Below, in pieces: positions 45,171 to 54,720 of a DNA stretch of 64,000 bases. Origin of the DNA: Gammaproteobacteria bacterium. GTDB taxonomy: Bacteria > Pseudomonadota > Gammaproteobacteria > JASBUN01. The stretch is from positions 1,797 through 65,796 of the forward strand of contig JARRNJ010000017.1 in NCBI GenBank assembly GCA_037385045.1, written 5' to 3'. Position 1 is the first letter of the stretch; every line of letters starts with the position of its first letter. The position numbers and the translations under genes are program-made. Under the pieces are notes generated by a model. The model did not search any database. It was not told the origin of the DNA and saw only the letters and a list, made by a program, of their open reading frames with translations.

Positions 45171-45797
45171 ATGCACGAGTCATCCGACAATGCTGGAGCG
45201 CCGGTACAGGAGCGGCTCGTCCAAGCCGCCCTGGCGTGTTTCCTCGACGACGACTACCACGAAGTCACGACGCGCCAGCTGGCCGCCGCGGCGGACGCGA
45301 ATATATCCATGATCCGCTACTATTTCGGCAGCAAGGAAGGTCTGTACGAAGAGATGATCCGCCAGACGCTGCAGCCGCTGCTGGATGTGCTCGATGGCCC
45401 CTTGCTCGCCTCCACCGCCGGTTTCGGCGACTATTTCCGGCTCTACTACCGGACCATGCAGGCCAACCCGCGATTCCCGGCGCTGATCCTGAAAGTGCTG
45501 GCTCTGAACCAGGGGCCGGGCAAGCGTTTCATTCATCAGTTGCTCGAACGGGGGCGTAGCAAAGCCCGCGACAAGGTTGATGCGCTCAAGCGGCAGCGTC
45601 TGGTGGACGAACATCTCGACCCCGACATGGTCCGTATCGCCTTCGTCAGTCTGGCCATGATGCCCATGCTGCTGAAGGACGTGTTCGAGCAGCAGCTGGG
45701 GCGTGAGATGGACGTCGACTTTCTCGATGAGCTGGCGGGCCTGAGCGGCCGCCTGTTTGCCGCCGGCCTGGCGCCGTCGCCGTCACGTGATGGTTAG
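45171..45797 (+). CDS. TetR/AcrR-family transcriptional regulator
   Basis: HTH segment YHEVTTRQLAAAADANISMIRYYFGSKEGLY. ATG preferred over the GTG at 45153 because of an AAGGG RBS. Confidence 0.88.
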   Translation: MHESSDNAGAPVQERLVQAALACFLDDDYHEVTTRQLAAAADANISMIRYYFGSKEGLYEEMIRQTLQPLLDVLDGPLLASTAGFGDYFRLYYRTMQANPRFPALILKVLALNQGPGKRFIHQLLERGRSKARDKVDALKRQRLVDEHLDPDMVRIAFVSLAMMPMLLKDVFEQQLGREMDVDFLDELAGLSGRLFAAGLAPSPSRDG

Positions 45798-45861
45798 GCG
45801 CAACGGTGGGCCGCCGGCATCGGCAGCCCGCGCGTACGCCAAAGCATGAGGGTCATGGGTC

Positions 45862-46980
45862 ATGGCAGGCCTGCAACGAAACAAGTTCAGAGTCGCGCTC
45901 TACCAGGGTCTGCTGAGGCTGGCCAATCGGTTGGCGGCGCTTCCCAATCGCCTCACTCCGCCGCCGTTTCGGTTGATACAGATCGGCTCGGCGTTCTGGC
46001 AGTCGCGGGCGTTGTATACGGCGGCGGAGCTGGGCGTGGCGGACGAACTGGGTGACGGCGAGATGAGCACCAGCGCGCTCGCCGCCCGCCTGCAAGTGCA
46101 CGAGGACCACCTGTACCGCCTGCTGCGGATGCTCGCCTCCATCGGCGTGTTCATCGAAACCGGCCACCGCATGTTCCGCAATTCGAAGTTGTCCATGCCC
46201 CTGCGCAAGGACGACCCACACAGCGTGCGCGCCATGATCCTGATGCACAACGGCGAAGTGATGACCAGGCCCTGGACCGAGTTCCTCCCTGCGTGCATTC
46301 GCAACGGATCGATCGCGTTCGAGCAGGCCAACGGGTCCGGACTGTACGATTACCTGGACGCCCATCCCGCGTTCGACCGCCTGTTCTCCCAGGCCATGGA
46401 CGAAGTGGAGGCGCTGACCGGGGCCGATTATCTCCGCGATTTCGACTGGAGCCGGTTCGATCGCATCATCGATGTCGGCGGTTCCCAGGGGGGCAAGTCG
46501 CTGTCGATCCTGCGGTCCTGTCCTCACCTTCGCGCTGTCGTATTCGACCGGCCCCAGGTCATTGGTGACGCCGCCGCCCGCTGGCAGGGGAATGTCGAGC
46601 CGGAAATTCTCCAGCGTCTGGAGTTCGTCGGCGGCGACATGTTCGAGTCCGTCCCCGGCGCGCTTTCGGACCGTGACCTGTTCCTGTTCGTTGCAGTGTT
46701 CCACGGCCTGGGAGACGACGACGCGCAACGCGTACTTGCCAACCTGAGGCGGGCATTCGGCGAACACAAACCTTCGGTTTTGGTGGTCGATACGGTGGCC
46801 GCGGACACGGGAATCGACCCCACCGTGGCGGCGTTCGACATGCAGATGCTGGTCAACACCGAAGGGCGCGAACGTACCGTCGACGAGTGGCGGGGGCTGT
46901 TTGCGCAGGCGGGGTTCGGTATCCGGGAAATCATCGACGTACGCACGTTCGCCAAATTCATCTTGGTGCAGCTCTCGTAA
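45862..46980 (+). CDS. family-2 O-methyltransferase (dimerisation domain plus SAM-binding domain)
   Basis: N-terminal winged-helix/dimerisation segment LGVADELGDGEMSTSALAARL. SAM motif IIDVGGSQG, then RLEFVGGDMFE. Confidence 0.88.
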   Translation: MAGLQRNKFRVALYQGLLRLANRLAALPNRLTPPPFRLIQIGSAFWQSRALYTAAELGVADELGDGEMSTSALAARLQVHEDHLYRLLRMLASIGVFIETGHRMFRNSKLSMPLRKDDPHSVRAMILMHNGEVMTRPWTEFLPACIRNGSIAFEQANGSGLYDYLDAHPAFDRLFSQAMDEVEALTGADYLRDFDWSRFDRIIDVGGSQGGKSLSILRSCPHLRAVVFDRPQVIGDAAARWQGNVEPEILQRLEFVGGDMFESVPGALSDRDLFLFVAVFHGLGDDDAQRVLANLRRAFGEHKPSVLVVDTVAADTGIDPTVAAFDMQMLVNTEGRERTVDEWRGLFAQAGFGIREIIDVRTFAKFILVQLS

Positions 46981-47171
46981 CCGGCAGCCTCGGGGCGCAG
47001 CCGCAGGTGGCCGGGCGCAGGCGTTTGAACGCCCATCGCGATTCGGCCAACCGCCGACCGGATCCTGTTAGAATTCGACTACCGGCTGTCCGCGGCGGCG
47101 TATATGGCCGCGCTCCGGGCGCGCGCCCGGTTGTTCGGAGGGCGGTCGGCGAATGCGTGGCGGGAGTCGGC

Positions 47172-47660
47172 ATGAACGCGAGCGGGACAGCGTTGCGCCC
47201 GGCAACGGCGGGCGATCTCGATGCGCTCAACGGCGTCATCGAACGGGCGGTCATGACCTGGGACCTGCCGGAGCGGGTCAAGCGCCTGTCGCTGCCCAGC
47301 TACCGCTACAGTCCCTTGGATCTCGATCATCTGCAGGTGGTGGTGGCCGAGCAGGCGCCGTACGGTATCGTGGGTGCGGCAGGGTGGGAGCCGGCGGCAG
47401 CGGGCGACGCGCCAACCGGGCAGCGGGCGCTGCTGCTGCACGGCCTGTACGTGGATCCGGCGCAACAGCGCCGCGGCATCGGCACGCGGCTGCTCCAGAC
47501 CGCGGAGCAGGCGGCGCGCCACGCGTCCCTGGATGGACTGGTGGTCAAAGCCCAGCGCGGCGCGGAAAGCTTTTTCATTGCCAACGGGTTCGTGGCGTTG
47601 CCCGTGGACGACGCGGCGCGGGATTATCCGCACCGGCTTTGGAAACCGGTCGGCGGCTGA
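47172..47660 (+). CDS. GNAT-family N-acetyltransferase
   Basis: Internal ATG of ORF 46887..47660. Motif A LYVDPAQQRRGIGTRLL. Confidence 0.8.
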   Translation: MNASGTALRPATAGDLDALNGVIERAVMTWDLPERVKRLSLPSYRYSPLDLDHLQVVVAEQAPYGIVGAAGWEPAAAGDAPTGQRALLLHGLYVDPAQQRRGIGTRLLQTAEQAARHASLDGLVVKAQRGAESFFIANGFVALPVDDAARDYPHRLWKPVGG

Positions 47661-47710
47661 GCGGGCAGGGACGAGGGCATCGGTCGGGGCAGGTATCGGC
47701 GGCTCAGACA

Positions 47711-48256
47711 GTGGATCACGTCAGTAACGAATACGCATCGAGCACCCTGCAGCAGGCTGCGGTGCTGGTTCCGGTGTGTCGGCGCGAGGACGGCGACTTG
47801 CGGGTCGTGGTGGTGCGGCGCGGCAGCCGCGGCATGCATGGCGGGCAGCTGGGATTTCCGGGCGGCAAGGCCGAGCCCGGGGACACGTCGCTGTTGGAGA
47901 CCGCCTTGCGCGAGACCCGCGAGGAGGTCGGCCTCGCACCTGAGGACATCGAGATCCTTGAGCACCTGCCGGTGGTGGATATCGTCAGGACCGGCTTTCG
48001 TATCCAGCCGTTCCTGGGGCGCGTAGTGGCGCCAGCGGTGTGGCGCTATCGCAAAGGCGAGATCGCCGGCGTGCTGGAGCCGAAGATTGCGGATCTGGTG
48101 GCCGCACGCGGCCACGATTGGGTCATGTTTCCCGAGGAAGCCACTCCCCGGCGGATCGAATTTTTCCGCGTCGGGGACGAGCGTCTGTGGGGGGCCAGCT
48201 ACCGTATGCTGTCCCCGCTGCTGGAGCGGCTGCTCGCGGGCGCTTGGCCGATCTGA
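47711..48256 (+). CDS. NUDIX hydrolase (CoA pyrophosphatase-like)
   Basis: Nudix box GFPGGKAEPGDTSLLETALRETREEVGL. GTG start inferred; the N-terminal boundary is uncertain. Confidence 0.8.
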   Translation: MDHVSNEYASSTLQQAAVLVPVCRREDGDLRVVVVRRGSRGMHGGQLGFPGGKAEPGDTSLLETALRETREEVGLAPEDIEILEHLPVVDIVRTGFRIQPFLGRVVAPAVWRYRKGEIAGVLEPKIADLVAARGHDWVMFPEEATPRRIEFFRVGDERLWGASYRMLSPLLERLLAGAWPI

Positions 48257-48281
48257 GTCCGATCACTCCGCTGTGGCGTGT

Positions 48282-48307
48282 GCCGGCGACGCTCCGGCGT
48301 CGCCGGC
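48282..48307. terminator. perfect 11-bp GC hairpin between convergent NUDIX and porin genes (candidate bidirectional terminator)
   Basis: gccggcgacgc tccg gcgtcgccggc, read directly. No clear U-tract on either side. Confidence 0.5.
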
Positions 48308-48316
48308 AAGCTGCGC

Positions 48317-49048
48317 TCACAGGCTCTTCGACACGCTGAAAACCAGCCGCCCGTCACACAGGTCCGAACCGCCGAAGCAATCGCTCTTGTTCAGATTGGT
48401 ATCGGTGTAGTGCAGCCCGAAGCCGAATCCGGCATAGTCGGCCGACACACCGATACGATAGTCCGTGTAGTCGGGCGTGCCGTAGGCGTTGTTGTCGTCG
48501 ATGTTCTGGCGGCCGATGTGGGCGCCGACCTTGAACTGTTTGCCGACGGGCACCTCGACCTCGCCGTAATAGTAGGCGGCATTGCCGCTGGAGGCGAAAA
48601 AGTCGTTGGAGTAATTCATGCCCACGGTCGCCGCCGCGGGCCCGAAGTCATAGCTGAGCTTGCCGTACACCTCGGTGAAGTTGTAGTTGCGTCCGCTGCC
48701 GGCGCCGGGATAGCTGTAGTAAATGACGCCGACATCGTAACCGAGCCGGTTGACCAGCTTGTTGGCGAAGCCCGCATACAGGTCCAGTTCCATTTGTGCC
48801 CGGCGGCCGAGCCCGTCGCTGGTGTCTTCGCCGAAATCCACATTGGATCCCCAGACGCCCGCGTACAAGCCGCTCGCGTGGCTGTAATCGAATCCGCCCT
48901 GGATCGCCGGCTGCTCGTCGGTCTGCGAGATGCCGCGGAACACATAATCCGAGGTCAGGGCGACGTTGGCGCTGAACTCCGCCTGCGCCGTATTGGTGGC
49001 GCTCAACGACAGCGCCACGGCGATTGCGTTGATTATCACGCGTTTCAT
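48317..49048 (-). CDS. TorF-family putative outer-membrane porin
   Basis: Signal peptide ...TAQAEF. Family signature NVALTSDYVFRGISQTDEQPAIQGGFDY, alternating beta-strand pattern, Tyr/Gly-rich. Confidence 0.85.
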   Translation of the reverse strand: MKRVIINAIAVALSLSATNTAQAEFSANVALTSDYVFRGISQTDEQPAIQGGFDYSHASGLYAGVWGSNVDFGEDTSDGLGRRAQMELDLYAGFANKLVNRLGYDVGVIYYSYPGAGSGRNYNFTEVYGKLSYDFGPAAATVGMNYSNDFFASSGNAAYYYGEVEVPVGKQFKVGAHIGRQNIDDNNAYGTPDYTDYRIGVSADYAGFGFGLHYTDTNLNKSDCFGGSDLCDGRLVFSVSKSL

Positions 49049-49292
49049 TGCTGCTTACTCCCCTGCAGGATTGAGCGGCCGTTCCCACACCCGGAAACGC
49101 CCCACGGCGGTGGCCGCCGCCTGGAGGCCGCTGTCCCGTTGGTCGGGTGGATGGACGATCAGAGGATGAGGTCATCCCCTGCATTACCGCCAGGAAAAGT
49201 AAGGATAGAGACGCCAGGGTTTATTGCCAGTGCTGGCCTGGCGGGACACTGAAGCTGACCGGCTGGCGCAGCCGATGGTCGCGCGGACTGCG

Positions 49293-51104
49293 TCAGCTGC
49301 GTCGACGCTCCGGCACCGGTGGCCGGGCCGGGTGATCGGTCGGTGCCGGATTCACGACGCGGTGATGCGCGCCCAGCGCCGCCTGCACCCAGCTCACCGC
49401 CCGCTCGCGCAGGGCACCGGCCGCGGCCGCCGCAAGTAGCAGCGCCGCGAGGCTGATACCGAGACTGCGCACGCGGCGGCCGCGCTTGCCACGCTTCGGT
49501 TGGGGAGTCGACGGTTGGGGTTCGTCGCCCGCTTCCGGCCCGGTGGTGGTGGCGTCTTCGTCAGGGCGCAGCTGCAGGGACAATGCGGCATCATCGTTAT
49601 CGTCCGCCGGCCGGGTGGCCACCAGCACACCCAGTTCGGCCAGCGCTACGTCGGTGTCGTCTTTGGCGTCGACCGGCCACGGTTCGTCCGCCGCGGCGAT
49701 CTCATCGATTACCGGCACCTCATCGTCACCGCCCGGCGCGGCCGGCGCGTGGTGCTCCGCCGCCGGCGGTGGTTGCCGGTCGAGCACCACGGCCTGCGTA
49801 TCCCCGGGTTCGGCGTGCAAGGGCGCTGTCTGCGCCTGGCCCGAGGCTGGGTCGCCCGCCGCCGCGGGCGGCTCCTTCGCCCCGCTGCGGGCGTCGGCCA
49901 GGGCGCGCTCCAGATCGCTCACCTGGCCGTGGGCCTGCTCCAGTTCATCCTCGAGTCGCGCCACGGTGGCCTGCATCTGCGCCTGCATGTCGGCGTGGCG
50001 CTGTTCACCATCGGCCAGCTGCTGCCGGGCCGTCCGTTCCTCGACCAGCGCGGTTTCAGCGTCGTGCAACCGGGCACGGGTTTGTGCCAATTCGTTTTGC
50101 AGGTGGCGCGTTGCCGCGCGCAGTTCTTCCAGTTGCGCGCGCGTCTCCGTTTCATTATTCGCCGCCTCGGCCAGTTGCTGTCGGGCGTCGCGTTCGCCGG
50201 CCAGCGCCGTCTCGGTTTCGCGCAGCCGGTTGCGTGCTTCGGCCAGCTCACCCCGCAGGTTGCGGGCGCTGGCCTGCAGCTGTTCCAGTTCCTGTTCGGC
50301 GCGGGTCCGTCCGCGTTGTGCGTCGTGCAAGTCCTGCTCGCCGCTGCGTGCCGCCGCCAATGCCGATTCCGCGCCCCGGAGACGCTCGCGGGCCTGCTCG
50401 AGTTCGCCGTGCAGCCGGTCGTTGGCGGTGCGCAATTGTTCGAGCTCGGCCTCAAGTGCCGCGCCCTCCGGTTGCCCTTCGCCCGGCCGTTGAGCGCTGG
50501 AAAGGGCCGTGGCAAGTGCGGCTTCAGTATCCCGCAGCTGACCGCGAACGTCCTCGAGTTCGCGCTCCAGCTCCGCGGCTGCGGTGTGCGCCCGTTCCAA
50601 CTCCGTCTCCGCCGCCACCCGGCTTTCTTCCGCGGCGGTCAGACGCTGGCGCAGCCGCTGGATGTCCTCGTGCAGCGCGGCGGACCCAGGCGCGCCGGTC
50701 GGGCTCGCGTGCGGTACGTCGGACGTCAGTGTGGGCGGTTGTGGCGCGTGTTCGGCCAGCAGCATTTCAATCAGCGGTGCGTCGATGCGCAGCAACCGCA
50801 CCTTGGTCCGTGCCCAGCCCCACAGCTGGCGCGGCTGCTCCGGGGCCAGGGCCGAACGTGACGCTGCCGACCCGGCGGCGACCGTGGCGACAATGCGATT
50901 GTCGGATAACAACGCCACCTGGCCGTCAAGCAGGTAGAGGGACTCGTGTTCCCGCAGCCCGGGCTTGAAGATCAGCCGGCCCGGGGGAATCTCTTCCACG
51001 GTGCTGTTGGCCGCCAGGCGTTCGAGCGCCTCCGGCGGCAATTCATTCAGTGGCGCGAAGCGGGTGAGAAGCTGTTTGCTGGGGTGCTGTTTGAGGGTGA
51101 CCAT
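49293..51104 (-). CDS. cyclic-nucleotide-binding-domain protein with long repetitive coiled coil and C-terminal TM anchor
   Basis: N-terminal cNMP-type beta-barrel (FAPLNELPPEALERLAANSTVEEIPPGRLIFKPG...LYLLDGQV). At least 4 divergent repeats of the type EL(E/A)Q(A/T)R.RL...E.AL...R...QQLA. C-terminal segment SLGISLAALLLAAAAAGAL. Confidence 0.75.
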   Translation of the reverse strand: MVTLKQHPSKQLLTRFAPLNELPPEALERLAANSTVEEIPPGRLIFKPGLREHESLYLLDGQVALLSDNRIVATVAAGSAASRSALAPEQPRQLWGWARTKVRLLRIDAPLIEMLLAEHAPQPPTLTSDVPHASPTGAPGSAALHEDIQRLRQRLTAAEESRVAAETELERAHTAAAELERELEDVRGQLRDTEAALATALSSAQRPGEGQPEGAALEAELEQLRTANDRLHGELEQARERLRGAESALAAARSGEQDLHDAQRGRTRAEQELEQLQASARNLRGELAEARNRLRETETALAGERDARQQLAEAANNETETRAQLEELRAATRHLQNELAQTRARLHDAETALVEERTARQQLADGEQRHADMQAQMQATVARLEDELEQAHGQVSDLERALADARSGAKEPPAAAGDPASGQAQTAPLHAEPGDTQAVVLDRQPPPAAEHHAPAAPGGDDEVPVIDEIAAADEPWPVDAKDDTDVALAELGVLVATRPADDNDDAALSLQLRPDEDATTTGPEAGDEPQPSTPQPKRGKRGRRVRSLGISLAALLLAAAAAGALRERAVSWVQAALGAHHRVVNPAPTDHPARPPVPERRRS

Positions 51105-51514
51105 GGTGATCGGTTGCTATGGACGTCATCTACGGCGCCGAAGCCGCCGTTCGCCGCCGCCGCTGGTCATCCATGCTCCGGGCGGTCCGCTCTTCGGCCA
51201 GGCCTCGGCACAACCCGGGCGCTTCCCAGCCGCCGGCCGGGCGGGCGGGAAAGCCCCATTCGGAACCTCCAACAGTACTCGTGAACCGTGTCCGATGCAA
51301 AGCCCGCACTGCGCTCGCCGGACGTTGCCGCCCGGCAGTGGCGTGGGGTTGTGATCAGGGCCGTCACGGCGAACGGAGCGGCGCTCGCTGGCTGCCGGCT
51401 GGGGGACAGGGCGACTCGGCGGTTGTTCCCGGCGGCGAACGGGTGCACGGGGGCAGGGAGGGGCGCGACGGGTAGCCGGCTGTCTCCCGTCGCACGCCCG
51501 GCCTGCCAGGCGGG

Positions 51515-52069
51515 CTAATCGTCCCAGCGGCCGTAGCCCGGGATTCGGACGCCGTGCTCGCTGAAACGTCCCCGTGCCGCATCGGTATGGCAGGCTGCGC
51601 AGTTGCTGAATGAACGCACCTGGTCATTGCCGCTGACCATCCGGTCGGAGATCTCGCGGTGCTCGCGCCGGAACCAGCGCCGTTCGCTGATGCGCAGGGG
51701 GCCCGCGTCCGAGCCGTCGTAGCGGGTGGCGAAATCCCGTGCGCGTGGGCGCGCGTGTGCGAGCAGATAGCGGGTGAGTTCGTCGCGTACCGCCGGCGCC
51801 AGCTCGGCATTGTCGCCGAAATGGTCATCCAGCCGGTTCATGAGCGCGCGCCAGGTGGCGGCCGGCAGCAGGCGCGGCGGGTAGGCCATGTGGCATGACC
51901 CGCACTCGGCCTGGTATTTCCCGGCCGACGCGGAGACGGGCGCCGAGGTTGGCGCGGCGGCCATGACGGTATGTTCCCGCTCTTCCTCGCCCTCGCTCAG
52001 ACTGGCCATGAGCAGCGCGGTCGCGGGTATCCCCAGTACCAGTAGCACGAACATAATTTTTGATTTCAT
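51515..52069 (-). CDS. dihaem cytochrome c (DHC family)
   Basis: Signal/anchor sequence. Two CxxCH motifs (CGSCH, CAACH) in the DHC pattern ...CH.AY.P.LLPA..W..L...L..HFG.NA. GGAGG RBS. Confidence 0.85.
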   Translation of the reverse strand: MKSKIMFVLLVLGIPATALLMASLSEGEEEREHTVMAAAPTSAPVSASAGKYQAECGSCHMAYPPRLLPAATWRALMNRLDDHFGDNAELAPAVRDELTRYLLAHARPRARDFATRYDGSDAGPLRISERRWFRREHREISDRMVSGNDQVRSFSNCAACHTDAARGRFSEHGVRIPGYGRWDD

Positions 52070-52090
52070 GATTGACCTCCGGCCAGCGCA

Positions 52091-52489
52091 CTACTGGCTG
52101 TTGATGAAACTCAGCACATCGCCTTTTTCCTGCGCGGTGCACGGGCGCCCCAGTGTCCATTTGCAGTTGCGGGTGAACCACTTTTCCACCTTGGCCGGGT
52201 CCGTGAGGCGCTTGGGGTTGACCGACGGCGCCATGGGCTTGATGGCCTTGCCGGTGCGTACGTGCTTGCCCGGTTGCTTGAGGTCGGCGCTGTGACAGGT
52301 GGTGCAACTGCGGGGCCGGCCGCGGCCGTCATGTTGGCTGGTCCACAACGTCTTGCCGGCGGCGGCGTCGAACGGCCCTGCGCCGGCAGCGCGGTAGCGC
52401 GCCTGCAGTTGGGTGACGGTATCGGCGGCCTGGACCGCGGGAACGGCCCATGCCAGTGCGGCGGCGCATACGAGCGCGACGGTTTTCAT
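52091..52489 (-). CDS. DUF1924 monohaem c-type cytochrome (SHP-like)
   Basis: 132 aa with a signal peptide. A single CTTCH, and the conserved tail KWFTRNCKWTLGRPCTAQEKGDVLSF. Confidence 0.85.
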   Translation of the reverse strand: MKTVALVCAAALAWAVPAVQAADTVTQLQARYRAAGAGPFDAAAGKTLWTSQHDGRGRPRSCTTCHSADLKQPGKHVRTGKAIKPMAPSVNPKRLTDPAKVEKWFTRNCKWTLGRPCTAQEKGDVLSFINSQ

Positions 52490-53682
52490 GATCCAGTCTC
52501 CTTCGCTAACGGTGGTGATGGTGGGTTGGCCGCCGCGTGCCTGCCCGGCGGTGACGCCGCGGGTACGCGCATGGCGCCGTCGCGGAATGTCCCGGGGCCC
52601 GCGTCACGGTGGCAGGCGGCGCAATCGCTCCTGCCGTGAACATTGGCTTGGGACCACACGGCCGTGCCCAGGGCCGCATGCTTGCGGCGCCAATAGACGG
52701 TATCGGTGATGCGCATCGGCGCCGCCGACGGCGGTATGGTGTGGACGATATTCCAGGCCGCCTCGGTAGCCTGGTGGTCGGCGGCGTTGGCGGTGGCGAA
52801 CGCCGCCAGCGCACGCAGGGTGGCGCGATCCAGTGCCAGATCCTCGCCGAAGTGGTCGTGCTGGCTATCCAGCAGGCGTCGCCATGAACGGGCGGGCAGC
52901 AGGTTTGGGTGGTAGGCCAGGTGACAGGCGCCGCATTCTTCGCTCCAGGTGGTGTTGCGGGCCAGCTGGGGCCCCTGGTAGGGACGGTAGGGTGTGCCTG
53001 CAGGCGCGGTGAGTGCGCTGCGAAAATAGATCAGTGCGCCCAGTCCGATGGCGCCGATCACCATGGCGGCGACGCCGATGCGCGCTGGCACGTCGGCTTC
53101 CCCGACGGTCCGTTTGCGGCCGGTGACCATGCCGCCCGCCAGGTTTTCCCGGTGGGCGAGACTGCTGACGACGACGCCCAACAGGTGCAGCCCTACCACC
53201 GCGGTCAACGCCCACGCCAGGGTTTCGTGTACGCCGTGGAACCGATCGCCGGCCGCGAATCCGAGCCAGCCGGCCAGCGGCCCGGCCTGCTCCTGGCCGG
53301 CGAGGGTCAACAGGCCCGTGGCCGTCACCCCCGCCGCCAGCGCCAGCATGGCGAACACGGCCCAGGCCCCGGCCGGGTTGTGTCCGTTGTAATGGGCTGC
53401 GCGGCGGCCCGGCAGCGATCGAAGGTAGTGCCAGGCCTGTGCCGGGCCGTAGGCGAAGCGGGTGAAACGGGCATGGCCGCCGCCGACGAGCCCCCATGCC
53501 AGACGGAACAGCAGCAGGCCCCCGAAGCCGTAGCCGGCGAAGACGTGAATATGGAGATAGGCGTCGCCGGTGCTCAGCCAGGCGCCGGCGAATGCAAGCA
53601 CGAACAGCCAATGGAACATCCGCACGGGAGCATCCCAGATACGGGCTCGGGGGATCGTTCGACGATGGTGTGACGGCTGCAT
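52486..53682 (-). CDS. cytochrome b (PF01292-type, 4 TM) fused to a C-terminal dihaem cytochrome c (DHC) domain
   Basis: N-terminus RIWDAPVRMFHWLFVLAFAGAW... with His pairs. The C-terminal half repeats the DHC pattern (CGACHLAYHPNLLPARSW...HFGEDLAL...CAACH). Its stop overlaps the next start. Confidence 0.85.
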   Translation of the reverse strand: MQPSHHRRTIPRARIWDAPVRMFHWLFVLAFAGAWLSTGDAYLHIHVFAGYGFGGLLLFRLAWGLVGGGHARFTRFAYGPAQAWHYLRSLPGRRAAHYNGHNPAGAWAVFAMLALAAGVTATGLLTLAGQEQAGPLAGWLGFAAGDRFHGVHETLAWALTAVVGLHLLGVVVSSLAHRENLAGGMVTGRKRTVGEADVPARIGVAAMVIGAIGLGALIYFRSALTAPAGTPYRPYQGPQLARNTTWSEECGACHLAYHPNLLPARSWRRLLDSQHDHFGEDLALDRATLRALAAFATANAADHQATEAAWNIVHTIPPSAAPMRITDTVYWRRKHAALGTAVWSQANVHGRSDCAACHRDAGPGTFRDGAMRVPAASPPGRHAAANPPSPPLAKETGS

Positions 53683-53843
53683 ACGGACCTCGGCCAACGA
53701 CGGTGGAACGGCTGCGGCACCGCGCCACCACGGGGCGCACGTTAGCAAGCCAAACTGAATTGAGGCTTAATCGTTGGCGCTGGAATTGCAGCACGGGGCC
53801 ACGCGGGCGCGCGCTGTCCTTGGGTGCCGTAGCTGGCGTCGCC

Positions 53844-54545
53844 TCAGTCGGGATCGCTGTTGGCGGTGCCGGTCGGCGCGGGGCCGCGGGCGAAGTGGAT
53901 GTGCTCGGGCGCCACCGCGCCGCCGGAGATAATGAAGGTCATGGCCTCGTCGATGGTCCAGTCGGTGGACGCCAGCCGCTCCACTGGCACCAGTTCCAGA
54001 TAGCCGGAGGTGGGGTTGGGGGTGGTGGGCACGTAGACCGCCGCCAGCTCGCGCCCGGTCTCGTGGTCCTTCACTACGCGGGTCACGAATCCGACCGCCT
54101 TCATTTCCGGGGACGGGAACTCGATCAACACCACCCGCTGCAGTTTCTCCGGCTTTTGCTGCAAAGCGGCCACCAGCTTGCGGGTGCCGCCGTAAATGGT
54201 CTGCACCAGTGGAATGCGCTCGATGAGGCTTTCGAACGCCTGCAGCAGCTTGCGGCCGATGACGCGGGTGGCGGCCCAGCCCAGCAGATACATCAGCAGC
54301 AAGGTCAGCAGTACCGCCAGGGCCGGCTGAAACCACGGCTCCAACAGCCATCCGGCCACCGCGGGCACATGATCACGGAGGGCCTCCGCCAGGGCGCGGA
54401 CCCAGGGCATGCCCACCTGCGACAACTGCGACAGCAGCAGTTTGAACACCAGCCAGGTGATCCACAGGGGCACGGCCGTCAATACGCCGGCAATGAGATA
54501 GCGCTGGGTGTAGGAAAAGAATCCCTTGCGGTCTTTGGCGGTCAT
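53844..54545 (-). CDS. DUF502-domain membrane protein
   Basis: GVLTAVPLWITWLVF..., IPLVQTIYGGTRKL, and VPTTPNPTSGYL are typical DUF502 signatures. Confidence 0.85.
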   Translation of the reverse strand: MTAKDRKGFFSYTQRYLIAGVLTAVPLWITWLVFKLLLSQLSQVGMPWVRALAEALRDHVPAVAGWLLEPWFQPALAVLLTLLLMYLLGWAATRVIGRKLLQAFESLIERIPLVQTIYGGTRKLVAALQQKPEKLQRVVLIEFPSPEMKAVGFVTRVVKDHETGRELAAVYVPTTPNPTSGYLELVPVERLASTDWTIDEAMTFIISGGAVAPEHIHFARGPAPTGTANSDPD

Positions 54546-54720
54546 TTCAGCGGCTCCGAGGACGGGTTGCACCAGAAGCCAAGTTCTAGCATTCCCGCTG
54601 TTGGCGGACAATTGGCCAGCGCCCGGCCGCGCCGCCCCGGGTGGAATAAACGCGGCGGCGGCGGCGTCCTATCCAGGAACAGATCACAATTTTGCAAACC
54701 CCCTGAGGAGGAAGGCACCC

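Noticed and set aside
49293-51104. Repetitive DNA that might be mistaken for a CRISPR-like or tandem-repeat array
   Set aside because: The repeats are divergent, lie in frame within one long ORF, and encode a heptad coiled coil. There are no spacer/repeat regularities.
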